Assembly: GCA_039630245.1 (NCBI GenBank)
Contig: JBCNVK010000004.1
Span: 5,403 to 69,402, forward strand
DNA from: Bacteroidia bacterium
GTDB taxonomy: Bacteria; Bacteroidota; Bacteroidia; SpSt-205
DNA length: 64,000 bases
Reading direction: 5' to 3'
Shown: piece after piece, positions 19,944 through 29,422 of the stretch
Layout of the letters: each line of letters begins with the position of its first letter
Position numbering within the stretch: the stretch's first letter is position 1
Position numbers and translations under genes: made by a program
The notes under the pieces: model-generated
Told to the model about the DNA's origin: nothing
The model's database searches: none
What the model saw: the letters and a program-made list of their open reading frames with translations, nothing else

Positions 19944-21992
19944 CTACGGCCTAGGGCCGATACGCTCCAGAAAACGCTCTATCTCTAAAAAGACCTGGTA
20001 GCGATACCCGCCCAGGCCGTGATTCTGGTTGGGGAAGATGCGCCATTCCACGGGGGCATCGGGCTGCGTGCGCCACAGCCGCTCTAAAAAGCGGTAGGTG
20101 TGCTGCACATGCACATTATCGTCAGCCTCGCCATGGATAAGAAGCAGAGGTAGGCGCAAGGACTTATCGGACGGGGGAAGGGCGGTGCGGAGATAGCCCT
20201 CGGGATTAGCGCTAAGAAGGTCCATGAAGCGTTCGGTATAGGCCGTGTCGTAGAGGCGCCAGTCGGTCACGGGAGCTACGGCTATCGCCGCACGCAAGCC
20301 TTCGGGCGCTAGGAAGGCCAGCCGTATCGCTAGGTAGCCGCCATAGCTCCAGCCAAAAGCCACTACCGGCCCGCCGTAAGGCCGGGACGTAAGCCAGCGA
20401 ACAAAGTCGGCCAGCTCCTGAGCTTCCGCCTCACCCAGCCGCCGGTAGGTAGCGAAGCGCTCCGCCGAATAGAGCGCCGTGCCTACCCCATCCATACAGG
20501 CCACCAAAAAGCCCTTTTGGACTAGGTAAGCGTACCAGGCGAGGTAAGTCCCGCCGAAGGCCTCCTTGACCTGCTGCGAACCTGGACCCCCATAAAAAGT
20601 AAGTAGAATTGGATGCGAGCGGGTGGAGTCCCACTGTTCGGGAATTACCAGATAGGCCCAGCGCCGTTTCCCCGCCGAAGTGGTAAACTCCATAAAACGC
20701 ACTTGAATGGGAAGCTTTTGGCGGCGCAGCTCCGCGTTTAGGTCTGGCAGAGGAAGGCGCTGCATGGGCTGCCGAGCGGCGCGCAGCTCCTCCTGCGGCG
20801 GCGTTAGGAAGGTACCATACCGCAAGTGGAGCACTTCCCCCATTAGCTCACCCTCGGCCCAGCCCTCTGGGGGCGTAAGCCACTCTACGCGCCCTTTAGG
20901 GAGATGCAGGTAGCCCACGCGCTGGTCCTTAGGCGTCTGCCCCGCCGCATGAAAGAATACCTTATCCCCCACAAACCCAATTAGGCTTCGCAGGCCGGCT
21001 ACGGTATAGGTGCCTAAGCGCCGGCCCTTATAGTCCAGCCGCCACAGCTCTACGGCCGGGCGTCCCGCCGCCCGATAAATTAGCTCTGGCCTGTCCTCGG
21101 CAAAAACTACAAGCTGCCGGTCATCCCACGAGAAATACCCCACCGTAGAATCAGAGAAAAAGGGGGCTATCCCCTCTTCTGGCGTGTAGCGGTAAAGTAC
21201 AAAGCGATTCTGGGCACGGACCAGATGGGTAAAGTAGAGCGCATCACCCATGGGGCTCCAGCTAAACCACGGTATGTAGCCTCCCGTGGTATCCTGCCAG
21301 AGGTACTCTAAGGTGCGAGTGGGAAGGTGAAGCAGGCATAGGGCCACTTTAGGGTTAGGCTCACCTACGCGCGGGTAGCTGATTTTCTGAAGGGCTGGGT
21401 AACCAGCGCCGTAAAATAGAAGCGGATAAGTAGGCAGCGCAGCCCCGTCTAGGAGCAGGAAGGCCACATAGGTGCCTGAGGGAGAAATCGCAAAGGCCTG
21501 TGTAAAGCTAAATTCCTCTTCGTATAGCCAGTCGGTTGTGCCGGCCTGTTTGGGAGCGGTGTAACGGGTGAGCGTATCCCAGGCTCCTTTGGTTAGGGTG
21601 TAGGCGTAGAGGTTATAGTCGTCGGCGGCGATGAGGGTGGCGCCATCTGGGGTAAAAGCGGCTTCCCGCCAGCGCTGGCCGGGTAAGCGGTAGGTTTGCT
21701 GGCCTTCCTGCCACACCAGCCTACCGGCGCTGGAGTGGCGAAAGCCGCGCTGAAGCTCCTCCCAGAAAAGCCAGCCGCGTCCAGCCGGATGGGGTAGCCA
21801 GCGATAGAGCGGCCGCGATCGGCCCAGCGTTTCCGGCCTGAGATTGGCGCCTACTTTTAGGAGCCAGCCGTCGGGCGCCTGCGCGTACCAGCCCCCCGAT
21901 CCCCGCACCCCCTCCCACTGCGCCGCATGATAGCCATACCGCTGCCAGATGCCTGCCAAATCCAAAACCTGAAGCCACCAGAAGCCCCACAT
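19944..21992 (-). CDS. S9-family serine peptidase (prolyl oligopeptidase/DPP-like) with an N-terminal beta-propeller
   Basis: Catalytic GWSYGGY nucleophile elbow. Asp/His are in the C-terminal alpha/beta-hydrolase domain (IHGEADDNVHVQH). Confidence 0.8.
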   Translation of the reverse strand: MWGFWWLQVLDLAGIWQRYGYHAAQWEGVRGSGGWYAQAPDGWLLKVGANLRPETLGRSRPLYRWLPHPAGRGWLFWEELQRGFRHSSAGRLVWQEGQQTYRLPGQRWREAAFTPDGATLIAADDYNLYAYTLTKGAWDTLTRYTAPKQAGTTDWLYEEEFSFTQAFAISPSGTYVAFLLLDGAALPTYPLLFYGAGYPALQKISYPRVGEPNPKVALCLLHLPTRTLEYLWQDTTGGYIPWFSWSPMGDALYFTHLVRAQNRFVLYRYTPEEGIAPFFSDSTVGYFSWDDRQLVVFAEDRPELIYRAAGRPAVELWRLDYKGRRLGTYTVAGLRSLIGFVGDKVFFHAAGQTPKDQRVGYLHLPKGRVEWLTPPEGWAEGELMGEVLHLRYGTFLTPPQEELRAARQPMQRLPLPDLNAELRRQKLPIQVRFMEFTTSAGKRRWAYLVIPEQWDSTRSHPILLTFYGGPGSQQVKEAFGGTYLAWYAYLVQKGFLVACMDGVGTALYSAERFATYRRLGEAEAQELADFVRWLTSRPYGGPVVAFGWSYGGYLAIRLAFLAPEGLRAAIAVAPVTDWRLYDTAYTERFMDLLSANPEGYLRTALPPSDKSLRLPLLLIHGEADDNVHVQHTYRFLERLWRTQPDAPVEWRIFPNQNHGLGGYRYQVFLEIERFLERIGPRP

Positions 21993-22100
21993 GCTCCAAA
22001 AGTACGGCTCAACCCCCTTTTTCCACAGCTTAAACCAGTTTTCCTAACCAATTCTGCCTACTTTCCTTGGCTGATGCGAAGTAGTTCATACCTTTGCTAA

Positions 22101-24131
22101 ATGCGAGGGATACAGGCGGCTGGGCTATTCTGCATGGGCCTCCTGCTGGCTCAGCAGCATCGTCCCGAGTCCGACTGCAGCGGCGCTATACGAATATGTC
22201 AGGATGTCTATTCCTACCCTGGCGGCATCCCCTCTTACGGCACGGTGCAGGAGATAACTCCAGGAGGTAGAGGCACCTGCCTCACCGGAGGAGAACACCA
22301 GACAGCCTGGTTCATTTTCACCGTCCAGCGGAGTGGGACGATGGGATTTGTTATCTGCCCTGCAGCGGCTTGGGGTGGACGCGACTATGATTTTGCCCTT
22401 TGGGATGTTACCGACCTTCCGAATCCTTGTAGTATCTTTCAGGGCTCGGGCAATCTTTCACTCCTTCCCATCCGGTGTAACTTCTCTGGCGACCAGGGTG
22501 AAACCTCCTGCTGCGGTGGCGTTACCTGTGCCAATCCAGGCCTTACGGGGCTAGATCATACTGATGTGGATCCCGGTCCTATTTCTATTCCCGCAGGTGG
22601 AGACCCCGTCATGCCTGGCCTACCGGTTCAGCGCGGGCGTACCTATCTGCTGCTCGTAGATAACTTCAGCAATAATAATGTCGGCTTCACGATAAGGTTT
22701 TATGGCACGGCGGAGTATATTGACAACCGACCGCCGCAGATGGACAGCGTGCTTTTCACCTGCAGCCCTCTCTATGAGAACCAGCTACCCCTGCTGGAGC
22801 GCTTCCGCGTCCGGTTCAATGAGGTGATAAACCCCACCACGGTAGCCCAAGATGGGAGTGATTTTAGGCTTTTAGAGGAAAGTACGGGTAATGTGATAAC
22901 TTTCACGCGTGCAGTGCCTATCAATCCGCCTCAGACCCGCTTCGTAGACCTTGTACCGGCTCAGCCGCTGCGGCCAGCCCAGCGCTATAAGCTTTTCATA
23001 AGCTATCAGGGACAGAATGCAAGTGATGGAAACACTATCATAGATGGCTGTGGTAATGCCATACCTCCTGGGGGTGGGACTACCGCAGGCGATACCTTAG
23101 AATTTGAGACGCCGGACACGATGGTGGTAGAAGTTACGACGCAGCCGCCGCGCTGCGCGCGCACGGCCACTGGCGTAATCCAAGTAAATGTAGGCGGAAG
23201 CAGTGGGCCGTACGAGTATGCCTTAGTGACAGGGAATAGCGGCGCGCCGCCGGCTACAGGTTGGGGGACTACCGCCAGCTGGAACGACCGTCCCGCGGGC
23301 ACTTACACGATATGGATACGCAATAGGTTTGGTTGCGTCCAGCGTCGCATAGTGGATCTGGCCGATCCCCAGCCCGTGCGCCTTACCGTGGTAGACTCGC
23401 AATATGTAGCCTGTGGCGGTGAGCCTATCGGCTTTGTGCGCAGCCGCGCCGAAGGTGGTGCACCCCCCTACTTCTATGGCCTTTCCTCTGCACCGGGGGA
23501 TACCATCTGGCAGCGCGACAGCCTCTTCCAGAATTTAGGCGCTGGGCAGTATCAGCTTTTTGCGCGCGACCAGTTTGGCTGCCTAAGCCGCCCCTATAGC
23601 TTCCGGGTGGATATTTACCCTTCCGTACGGCTTGTCTCGGTAGATGCGGACTCCGCCTACTGCAATGAAGCGGATGGTCGCCTGCGCGTAGAGGCTACAG
23701 GCGGCGTAGGCGCACCCTATACCTATACCCTGAATGGTATCTCTAATACTACAGGCGACTTTCCTGGTCTAGCCGCTGGCCGCTATCGCATCACTGTCCA
23801 GAGCGGCCCCTGCCAAGGCGATAGCCTCCTTGAAGTAGGACGCTTGCCCTGCATATTTATAAATGTTCCAACTGCCTTTACTCCTAATGGCGACGGAATC
23901 AATGACCAGTGGGTGATTAGGGGACGAGGCATTCAACGCATAGAAGCGACCGTATGGGACCGCTGGGGCAACCAAATCTGGAGTAATAACGGCGAAATGA
24001 CGCGCTTCTGGGATGGCACTACTAAGAGTGGCCAGCCTGTCCCAGAAGGCGTCTATACTTTCATCATACGTGTGGTGGATGTAAGAGGTCAAGAGACGAT
24101 TCGGACGGGCACGGTTACGGTTGTCCGTTAG
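22101..24131 (+). CDS. T9SS type-B C-terminal sorting domain (gliding-motility-associated CTD) surface protein
   Basis: Signal peptide. The C-terminal block is FTPNGDGINDQWVI ... the CHU_C/type-B CTD. Internal Ig/SprB-like repeats are also present. Confidence 0.8.
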   Translation: MRGIQAAGLFCMGLLLAQQHRPESDCSGAIRICQDVYSYPGGIPSYGTVQEITPGGRGTCLTGGEHQTAWFIFTVQRSGTMGFVICPAAAWGGRDYDFALWDVTDLPNPCSIFQGSGNLSLLPIRCNFSGDQGETSCCGGVTCANPGLTGLDHTDVDPGPISIPAGGDPVMPGLPVQRGRTYLLLVDNFSNNNVGFTIRFYGTAEYIDNRPPQMDSVLFTCSPLYENQLPLLERFRVRFNEVINPTTVAQDGSDFRLLEESTGNVITFTRAVPINPPQTRFVDLVPAQPLRPAQRYKLFISYQGQNASDGNTIIDGCGNAIPPGGGTTAGDTLEFETPDTMVVEVTTQPPRCARTATGVIQVNVGGSSGPYEYALVTGNSGAPPATGWGTTASWNDRPAGTYTIWIRNRFGCVQRRIVDLADPQPVRLTVVDSQYVACGGEPIGFVRSRAEGGAPPYFYGLSSAPGDTIWQRDSLFQNLGAGQYQLFARDQFGCLSRPYSFRVDIYPSVRLVSVDADSAYCNEADGRLRVEATGGVGAPYTYTLNGISNTTGDFPGLAAGRYRITVQSGPCQGDSLLEVGRLPCIFINVPTAFTPNGDGINDQWVIRGRGIQRIEATVWDRWGNQIWSNNGEMTRFWDGTTKSGQPVPEGVYTFIIRVVDVRGQETIRTGTVTVVR

Positions 24132-24151
24132 GCTTTCTACCTTTGCGGCCG

Positions 24152-24448
24152 ATGGCAGCACCAGCGAAAAAGAAAAAACGCACGCGCTCGCGCACGGCTC
24201 TAAGACGCCAGCGCAAAAGCGAGCGGCGCCGTCTGCGGAATTTAGCCTGGAAAGCCCGTTATAGGCAAGCCCTGCGAGCCCTGCGGAACGAAACCGACCC
24301 GGCACGCCTTCCCGAACGTCTGCGGGCGGTACATTCCGTTTTAGATCGCCTAGGGCGGCGACGCATCTTCCACCCGAATAAAGTCGGTCGGCTCAAAGCG
24401 CGGCTGGCCCGTTGGGTAGCGGCTCGCCTAAGCGGAAAGCCCTCCTAA
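24152..24448 (+). CDS. Small Arg/Lys-rich basic protein of unknown function (98 aa from the ATG). The listed TTG start at 24143 is unlikely.
   Basis: An exact TACCTTTG promoter motif sits at 24138-24145 with a 6-nt spacer to the ATG. The ORF fills the gap between the flanking genes and ends 3 nt before the POT transporter start. Confidence 0.45.
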   Translation: MAAPAKKKKRTRSRTALRRQRKSERRRLRNLAWKARYRQALRALRNETDPARLPERLRAVHSVLDRLGRRRIFHPNKVGRLKARLARWVAARLSGKPS

Positions 24449-24451
24449 AGC

Positions 24452-25912
24452 GTGGCTAAACCGCTACTGGGGCGACACCCGCCCGGCCTCTATGTGCTCT
24501 TTTTTTCTGAAATGTGGGAGCGGTTTAGCTACTATGGCATGCGGGCCATCTTGGTCTTGTACCTCACCCTTTACCTCCCCTATACCCGTCAGGCCGCCTT
24601 AGAGATCTATGGACTTTATACTGGGCTAGTTTATCTTACCCCGCTTCTGGGGGGCTTTTTGGCGGACCGCTGGCTGGGCTATCGGGGCACCGTCTTAGCG
24701 GGCGCTTTCCTCATGATGGTAGGCCACTTCGCCATGGCCTTCCCTAACCTCCTCTTTCCCGCCCTCGCCCTCCTCATTCTCGGAAATGGCCTCTTCAAGC
24801 CAAATATCTCTACAATTGTAGGATCTCTTTACCTTTTAGGCGATCCCCGGCGCGATGCGGCCTTTACCATTTTTTACATGGGCATCAACTTAGGCGCTTT
24901 TTTTTCGCCGCTGGTGTGCGGCACCCTAGCGGATAGGTTTACACCGCACTGGGGATTCGGGGCGGCTGGGGTTGGGATGCTGATTAGCCTAATAATCTTT
25001 TTAGGTGGCCTTCGCACCCTTCGGCCAGCCGTAGGGAGCTGGCAGCCGCTCAGCCAGTCAGAAATAGGTCGGATCGCCTTAGTTACGGTCCTCGGAATAG
25101 GCGTGGCATTTTCGGGGGGACTTTTGGCACCCGTTATAGGGCGCAGTTTTCTGTCCCTCCTCTATAAGTGGCTGGTTCTGAGTGCTTTGGCAGCTACCCT
25201 CCTCTACCTGAGCCTGCGGCTTCGACACCAAGCCGAATGGCAACGAACCGCCGCCATCCTCCTCTTAGCTGGCTTTACGGCTATTTTCTGGATGGGTTTT
25301 GAACAGGCCGGCGGCACCTTGAACCTTTTCGCCCAGGAAAAAACCCAGCGCGAATTTCACCTAGCTGGGCGGCACTGGGAATTTCCTGCGCCTTACTTTC
25401 AGTCGCTCAATCCCCTCTTGATATTCATTCTGGCGCCGCTCTTTTCTCTCTTGTGGGTGCGTTTAGCGGCTCAGGGCCGAGAACCTTCTACGCCTACCAA
25501 AATGGGCCTGGGTCTTTTGCTGCTTTCGGCGGGATTCTTAGTGATGAGCTTAGCCGAGTGGCGCGCGCACCTTACTAAGGTAAGCCCGCTCTGGCTAGTA
25601 GGCGTATACCTTCTCCATACGTTGGGGGAGCTGTGCCTCTCACCCGTAGGGCTGTCCATGGTCACGCGGGTAGCACCACCTGCAGTAGCTGCGCTTATGA
25701 TGGGGGTATGGTTTTTGGCTTCCTCATTTGGTAATTACATGGCCGGGGTTTCCGAGGAGGTTCTTCAGCGGCGGGCTTTACCTCTGTATCCCACACTTAT
25801 GGGGATAAGCGGAGGGGCTGGGCTGATGCTCCTACTGGGCGCGCGCTGGATTCATCGCTGGATGACGGCGCCCCTGCCTTCGCCCGAGCTTACTGCGCAC
25901 CAGAAAGAATAA
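24452..25912 (+). CDS. POT/PTR2 family proton-dependent oligopeptide transporter
   Basis: PTR2 signature at the N-terminus (FFSEMWERFSYYGMRAILVLYL) and 12-14 TM helices. Confidence 0.85.
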   Translation: MAKPLLGRHPPGLYVLFFSEMWERFSYYGMRAILVLYLTLYLPYTRQAALEIYGLYTGLVYLTPLLGGFLADRWLGYRGTVLAGAFLMMVGHFAMAFPNLLFPALALLILGNGLFKPNISTIVGSLYLLGDPRRDAAFTIFYMGINLGAFFSPLVCGTLADRFTPHWGFGAAGVGMLISLIIFLGGLRTLRPAVGSWQPLSQSEIGRIALVTVLGIGVAFSGGLLAPVIGRSFLSLLYKWLVLSALAATLLYLSLRLRHQAEWQRTAAILLLAGFTAIFWMGFEQAGGTLNLFAQEKTQREFHLAGRHWEFPAPYFQSLNPLLIFILAPLFSLLWVRLAAQGREPSTPTKMGLGLLLLSAGFLVMSLAEWRAHLTKVSPLWLVGVYLLHTLGELCLSPVGLSMVTRVAPPAVAALMMGVWFLASSFGNYMAGVSEEVLQRRALPLYPTLMGISGGAGLMLLLGARWIHRWMTAPLPSPELTAHQKE

Positions 25913-27145
25913 GCGACGGCCTTGGTAGCGCAGCGCATGGATAATCCGCTGCCCCAAAGGAAGGCGCTGCCGCAGCGGTAAGCGTATCCGAATAGTGGTG
26001 CCCTTTCCTACCTCACTCTGATAGACAAAGATTTCCCCACCATGATAGCTTTCAATTACCCGCCGGGCCAGCGCTAGACCTATGCCCCACCCGCGCGGCT
26101 TAGTGGAAAAACCGGGCCGAAAAATCTCCTCCCAATCGGCTGGGCTGATGCCCTTGCCCGTATCCTCCACATCCAGCCATACCTCTGTTTTCCGCACCTG
26201 TAGACGCAGGGTGATCTGGCCTTCCTCGGCGGGCGAAAGCGCATCCAGGCTATTGCGAAGGAGGTTTTCAATCACCCACTTAAGCAAAGTGGCGTTGAGC
26301 GGCAAGGCTGGCGAAAGGTCCTCGGGATAGATAAAGCTGATTTTTACGCTAGGCGGTACACGCAGGTGGTAGTAGGCCACTACTTCCTGGATGATAGGGA
26401 TAATCGGCTGGACTTGGAGGCGGGGAGCCACACCGATTTTAGCGAAGCGGTCCGCTACTTCTTCCAGACGGCGAAGGTCAGCCTCCATACGAGGTAAGAG
26501 CCGCGGAAGGTGGGAAGGCGTCTCCTTGATAAGCTCTATGGCCCCTACCAAGCCAGAGAGCGGCGTGCCCAGCTGATGGGCGGTCTCCCGGGCCAGGCCC
26601 ATCCAGAGCTTATCCTGCCGGTAGCGATAGGCTGTATAAAGGAAAGAAAGACCTATCACCGCCATAAGCACAATAAGAGCCGAACTTAGGGCGGGCATCC
26701 AGCGAATATGGCGCAGTAAAATCGGTTCGCCATAATAAATCTTCAGGCTGCGGCCGGGGGCATAGGGTACTTGGATAGGCGGAAAACGCACGGTATCCGC
26801 CCGCAGCACGCGCAGAAACCCCTCTATCCTTCTCTCCTCTGGAAAGGTCAAGCGCAGCTCGCGGAGATTGTGGCTAAGGACAGTACCCCGCCCATCCGTA
26901 AGGACCATCGGAATAAGAAACAACTGCGCCCTAGCTTGCCGGTCGGGGAAGATGTATTCCCAGAAAAATTCGCGCAGGCACTCTTGGGGTGCGCGCGAGG
27001 TATATTCCAAGGCACGGGCGTAGAAGCGCACGAGCGCAATCTGCTGCTCTAAAAGCCGCTGAGCTAGAACATGCGCATAGAAGGAGATACCCACAAGGAC
27101 TAAAAGCACGGCCGAAACCATTAGAAAAATCCAGCGCAGCCGCAT
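25832..27145 (-). CDS. Sensor histidine kinase (2 TM, periplasmic domain, HisKA plus HATPase_c)
   Basis: H-box (ETAHQLGTPLSGL) and G-box (GWGIGLALA) motifs. The C-terminus overlaps the convergent POT gene by 81 nt. Confidence 0.8.
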   Translation of the reverse strand: MRLRWIFLMVSAVLLVLVGISFYAHVLAQRLLEQQIALVRFYARALEYTSRAPQECLREFFWEYIFPDRQARAQLFLIPMVLTDGRGTVLSHNLRELRLTFPEERRIEGFLRVLRADTVRFPPIQVPYAPGRSLKIYYGEPILLRHIRWMPALSSALIVLMAVIGLSFLYTAYRYRQDKLWMGLARETAHQLGTPLSGLVGAIELIKETPSHLPRLLPRMEADLRRLEEVADRFAKIGVAPRLQVQPIIPIIQEVVAYYHLRVPPSVKISFIYPEDLSPALPLNATLLKWVIENLLRNSLDALSPAEEGQITLRLQVRKTEVWLDVEDTGKGISPADWEEIFRPGFSTKPRGWGIGLALARRVIESYHGGEIFVYQSEVGKGTTIRIRLPLRQRLPLGQRIIHALRYQGRRLFFLVRSKLGRRQGRRHPAMNPARAQ

Positions 27146-28150
27146 CTAATCCTCTAATTTGCACGGGTAAGGGGGGGGTGGCGCGTTGTTGAGACGCAGA
27201 AGATAACGGCTGCAGTCATCTATACGAAAAAACCGCCGGCTGGTAGCCACAGCGCCAAAAATCCCCAATCCATTGCGAATGTTGGTATATTCGGGCTTTA
27301 CGGTAGTAAAGTCTGTAGTGCCAGGGGAGTTAATGCGGATATAATTATAGAGCGGGGTATCTAAAGCCGTAACGGTGAGCGACCAAGCCTGGCTGAAGGG
27401 GCTTTCGTCATATACATATGGCTGGCTGAAAGGGTAGAGGTTGCTATATACGGTCCGTAGCAGCTGCTTTTCTCGGAGAGTGAAGACCTGAGCATTTTCC
27501 GCCCTTGCTGGTACTAAATAGGGGCCTATGGGAAGGGTGCGCCAGAGGGTATCTGAGCCTTGGAGGGTACCGTAGCGGAAAGTAAAGCCGATTTCGTAGC
27601 CCGCTGCGGCCGCAGGCGTACTACCTATCCGGGCAAAATACTGGATATCGTAGGGGCGCATTAGGTCTATTATGGGATAAGCCGGCTGGCCCTGAAATAA
27701 CGCTACGGTCTCAGGCCGGGCTATATACGGCGGCGCAGGTACGAGCGCCATGGCACTTACATTCAGGCTGGGATTCTCGGGTACATTTATGGTGAGGAAG
27801 TAGCGCTGGCGGGGCCGAGGACGCAAAAGCAGCCGATATACCACTTGGACGGGGTAAAACGGCTGATTGGGTATCTTCAGTACAGTCTCGGGCTGGGCTA
27901 GCCAGGTAGTGTTTCCATCCGAAAGGCGCACTTCCGCCTGCACGCTAAGGTCCGTACGCGCCGCATAAGCCATAGCATCCTCACGCGTTACGAAGAGGCG
28001 TCCCACTCGGATATACTGTGTGTCCCGGTCAGGATAGAGAATGCCATACACTACCAGCTGTTCCCGTGCCTGCGGCGCAATAAGCTCCACCTCCGTACGA
28101 CAACCTACCCCAAGAAATATGAGGCCAATTGCGTATTTTTGCTTCCGCAC
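27146..28150 (-). CDS. Lipoprotein of unknown function, immediately upstream of the histidine kinase with zero spacing (GTG start)
   Basis: Lipobox GLIFLGVGC. The stop codon abuts the kinase ATG. A TACATTTG promoter motif lies 5 nt upstream of the GTG. Confidence 0.55.
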   Translation of the reverse strand: MRKQKYAIGLIFLGVGCRTEVELIAPQAREQLVVYGILYPDRDTQYIRVGRLFVTREDAMAYAARTDLSVQAEVRLSDGNTTWLAQPETVLKIPNQPFYPVQVVYRLLLRPRPRQRYFLTINVPENPSLNVSAMALVPAPPYIARPETVALFQGQPAYPIIDLMRPYDIQYFARIGSTPAAAAGYEIGFTFRYGTLQGSDTLWRTLPIGPYLVPARAENAQVFTLREKQLLRTVYSNLYPFSQPYVYDESPFSQAWSLTVTALDTPLYNYIRINSPGTTDFTTVKPEYTNIRNGLGIFGAVATSRRFFRIDDCSRYLLRLNNAPPPPYPCKLED

Positions 28151-28158
28151 TTCTGCAA

Positions 28159-28749
28159 ATGTATCAGTCTAAAGGTATTTCCCTCACCCCGGCTCAGCAA
28201 AAGCTGATAGAGCTTTGGGGCAAGCTGGCCCATGCCTGGGGTGTAGGTCCTACTATGGCTCAGCTGTTTGCCCTTCTCTATGTCTATCCCGAACCTTTGG
28301 ACACCGACACGCTCATAGAAGTGCTCCAGATTAGCCGAGGGAATGTAAGCATAAACCTGCGCAAGCTTCTAGACTGGAAGCTCATTCATAAGATAGATCT
28401 TCCGAGTACACGGCGCGCGCTTTATACAGCCGAACGGGATATTTGGCTAATTGCGACACGGATCATTCAGAGGCGCTTAGAACGGGAAATCACGCCTATC
28501 CAGCATCTTCTCAAAGACCTTTTAGAAAACCAGGCGACTACGCTCGATGCCCACACTACCCATTCCCTCAGCCAGATGCTGGAAGTAGTGGAGGCGATTC
28601 ATTTAGTTACGCAGGTCGCTATACCTGTTCTCGTAACAAATGAACGGCAGCGTGTGGTGAATCTGCTTGCCCACTGGCAGCGCCGTTTCGGAAGAGAAAA
28701 AGGCAGTGGAAATAATACACCAGGACCAAACTCTGGCAGCTCTTTATAA
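28159..28749 (+). CDS. Winged-helix transcriptional regulator (MarR/GbsR-like). Start moved to ATG 28159.
   Basis: wHTH-like segment (MAQLFALLYVYPEPLDTDTLIEVLQISRGNVSINLRKL). The listed 28129 start is a TTG inside the divergent lipoprotein gene. Confidence 0.45.
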   Translation: MYQSKGISLTPAQQKLIELWGKLAHAWGVGPTMAQLFALLYVYPEPLDTDTLIEVLQISRGNVSINLRKLLDWKLIHKIDLPSTRRALYTAERDIWLIATRIIQRRLEREITPIQHLLKDLLENQATTLDAHTTHSLSQMLEVVEAIHLVTQVAIPVLVTNERQRVVNLLAHWQRRFGREKGSGNNTPGPNSGSSL

Positions 28750-29422
28750 GCCAGCAGGGGTGCCAGCTTTACCTGAGCGGCATTCCTCTTCCCAGATGGA
28801 TGTGCTTACGTGGGCGCGCCGGCACCTTCACCCAGAAGCTCGCCTCGTACACCGGCTGGATAAACCCACCTCAGGTATTCTCCTAGTGGCTTGGGATTCA
28901 GCTACTTTTTCCCACCTGTATGCGCAGTTTGCCGAGCATCGCGTGGAGAAGAAGTACTGGGCCCTTGTAGAAGGAGAACCGAATTTTGAGGGGGCCGAGC
29001 TATCAGCCCCCATAGCCGCAAGTCCCCCGCGCGTAGATCCCTACGCGGGCAAGCCAGCTCTTACTATTGCCCATACTATAGAAACTTTTCGCGGGTACGC
29101 GCTGGTAGCCTGTGTGCCTGTCACGGGAAGGATGCACCAAGTGCGCTTGCACCTGGCCCATTATGGCTTTCCCGTCGTAGGAGATACGGCCTATGGCGGT
29201 AAGCCGCTTTACCTCTCGGCTTTTCATCCTCGCTATAAGCCTTCGCACCGGCACCCTGAGCGTCCACTTCATCCAGAGACAGCTATCTTTCTGCATGCGG
29301 GCTACTTGGCTTTCCTACACCCTGTCCAGCAGAAGAAAATCTACCTAGAAGCGGCGCTACCGGAGTATTTTGTCATAGCGCTGCGGCAATTGCGCAAGTG
29401 GGCGGCTCGGGTGCGCCCCTAG
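28667..29422 (+). CDS. RluA-family pseudouridine synthase
   Basis: Catalytic motif HRLDKPTSGILLVA. The true start may be GTG 28706, which would reduce the overlap with the upstream gene. Confidence 0.8.
   Translation: MPTGSAVSEEKKAVEIIHQDQTLAALYKPAGVPALPERHSSSQMDVLTWARRHLHPEARLVHRLDKPTSGILLVAWDSATFSHLYAQFAEHRVEKKYWALVEGEPNFEGAELSAPIAASPPRVDPYAGKPALTIAHTIETFRGYALVACVPVTGRMHQVRLHLAHYGFPVVGDTAYGGKPLYLSAFHPRYKPSHRHPERPLHPETAIFLHAGYLAFLHPVQQKKIYLEAALPEYFVIALRQLRKWAARVRP

Noticed and set aside
22097-24131. T9SS/CHU_C protein as part of a mobile or defence island
   Set aside because: No integrase, transposase or repeat boundaries are nearby. The flanking genes are housekeeping and carry the same promoter architecture.
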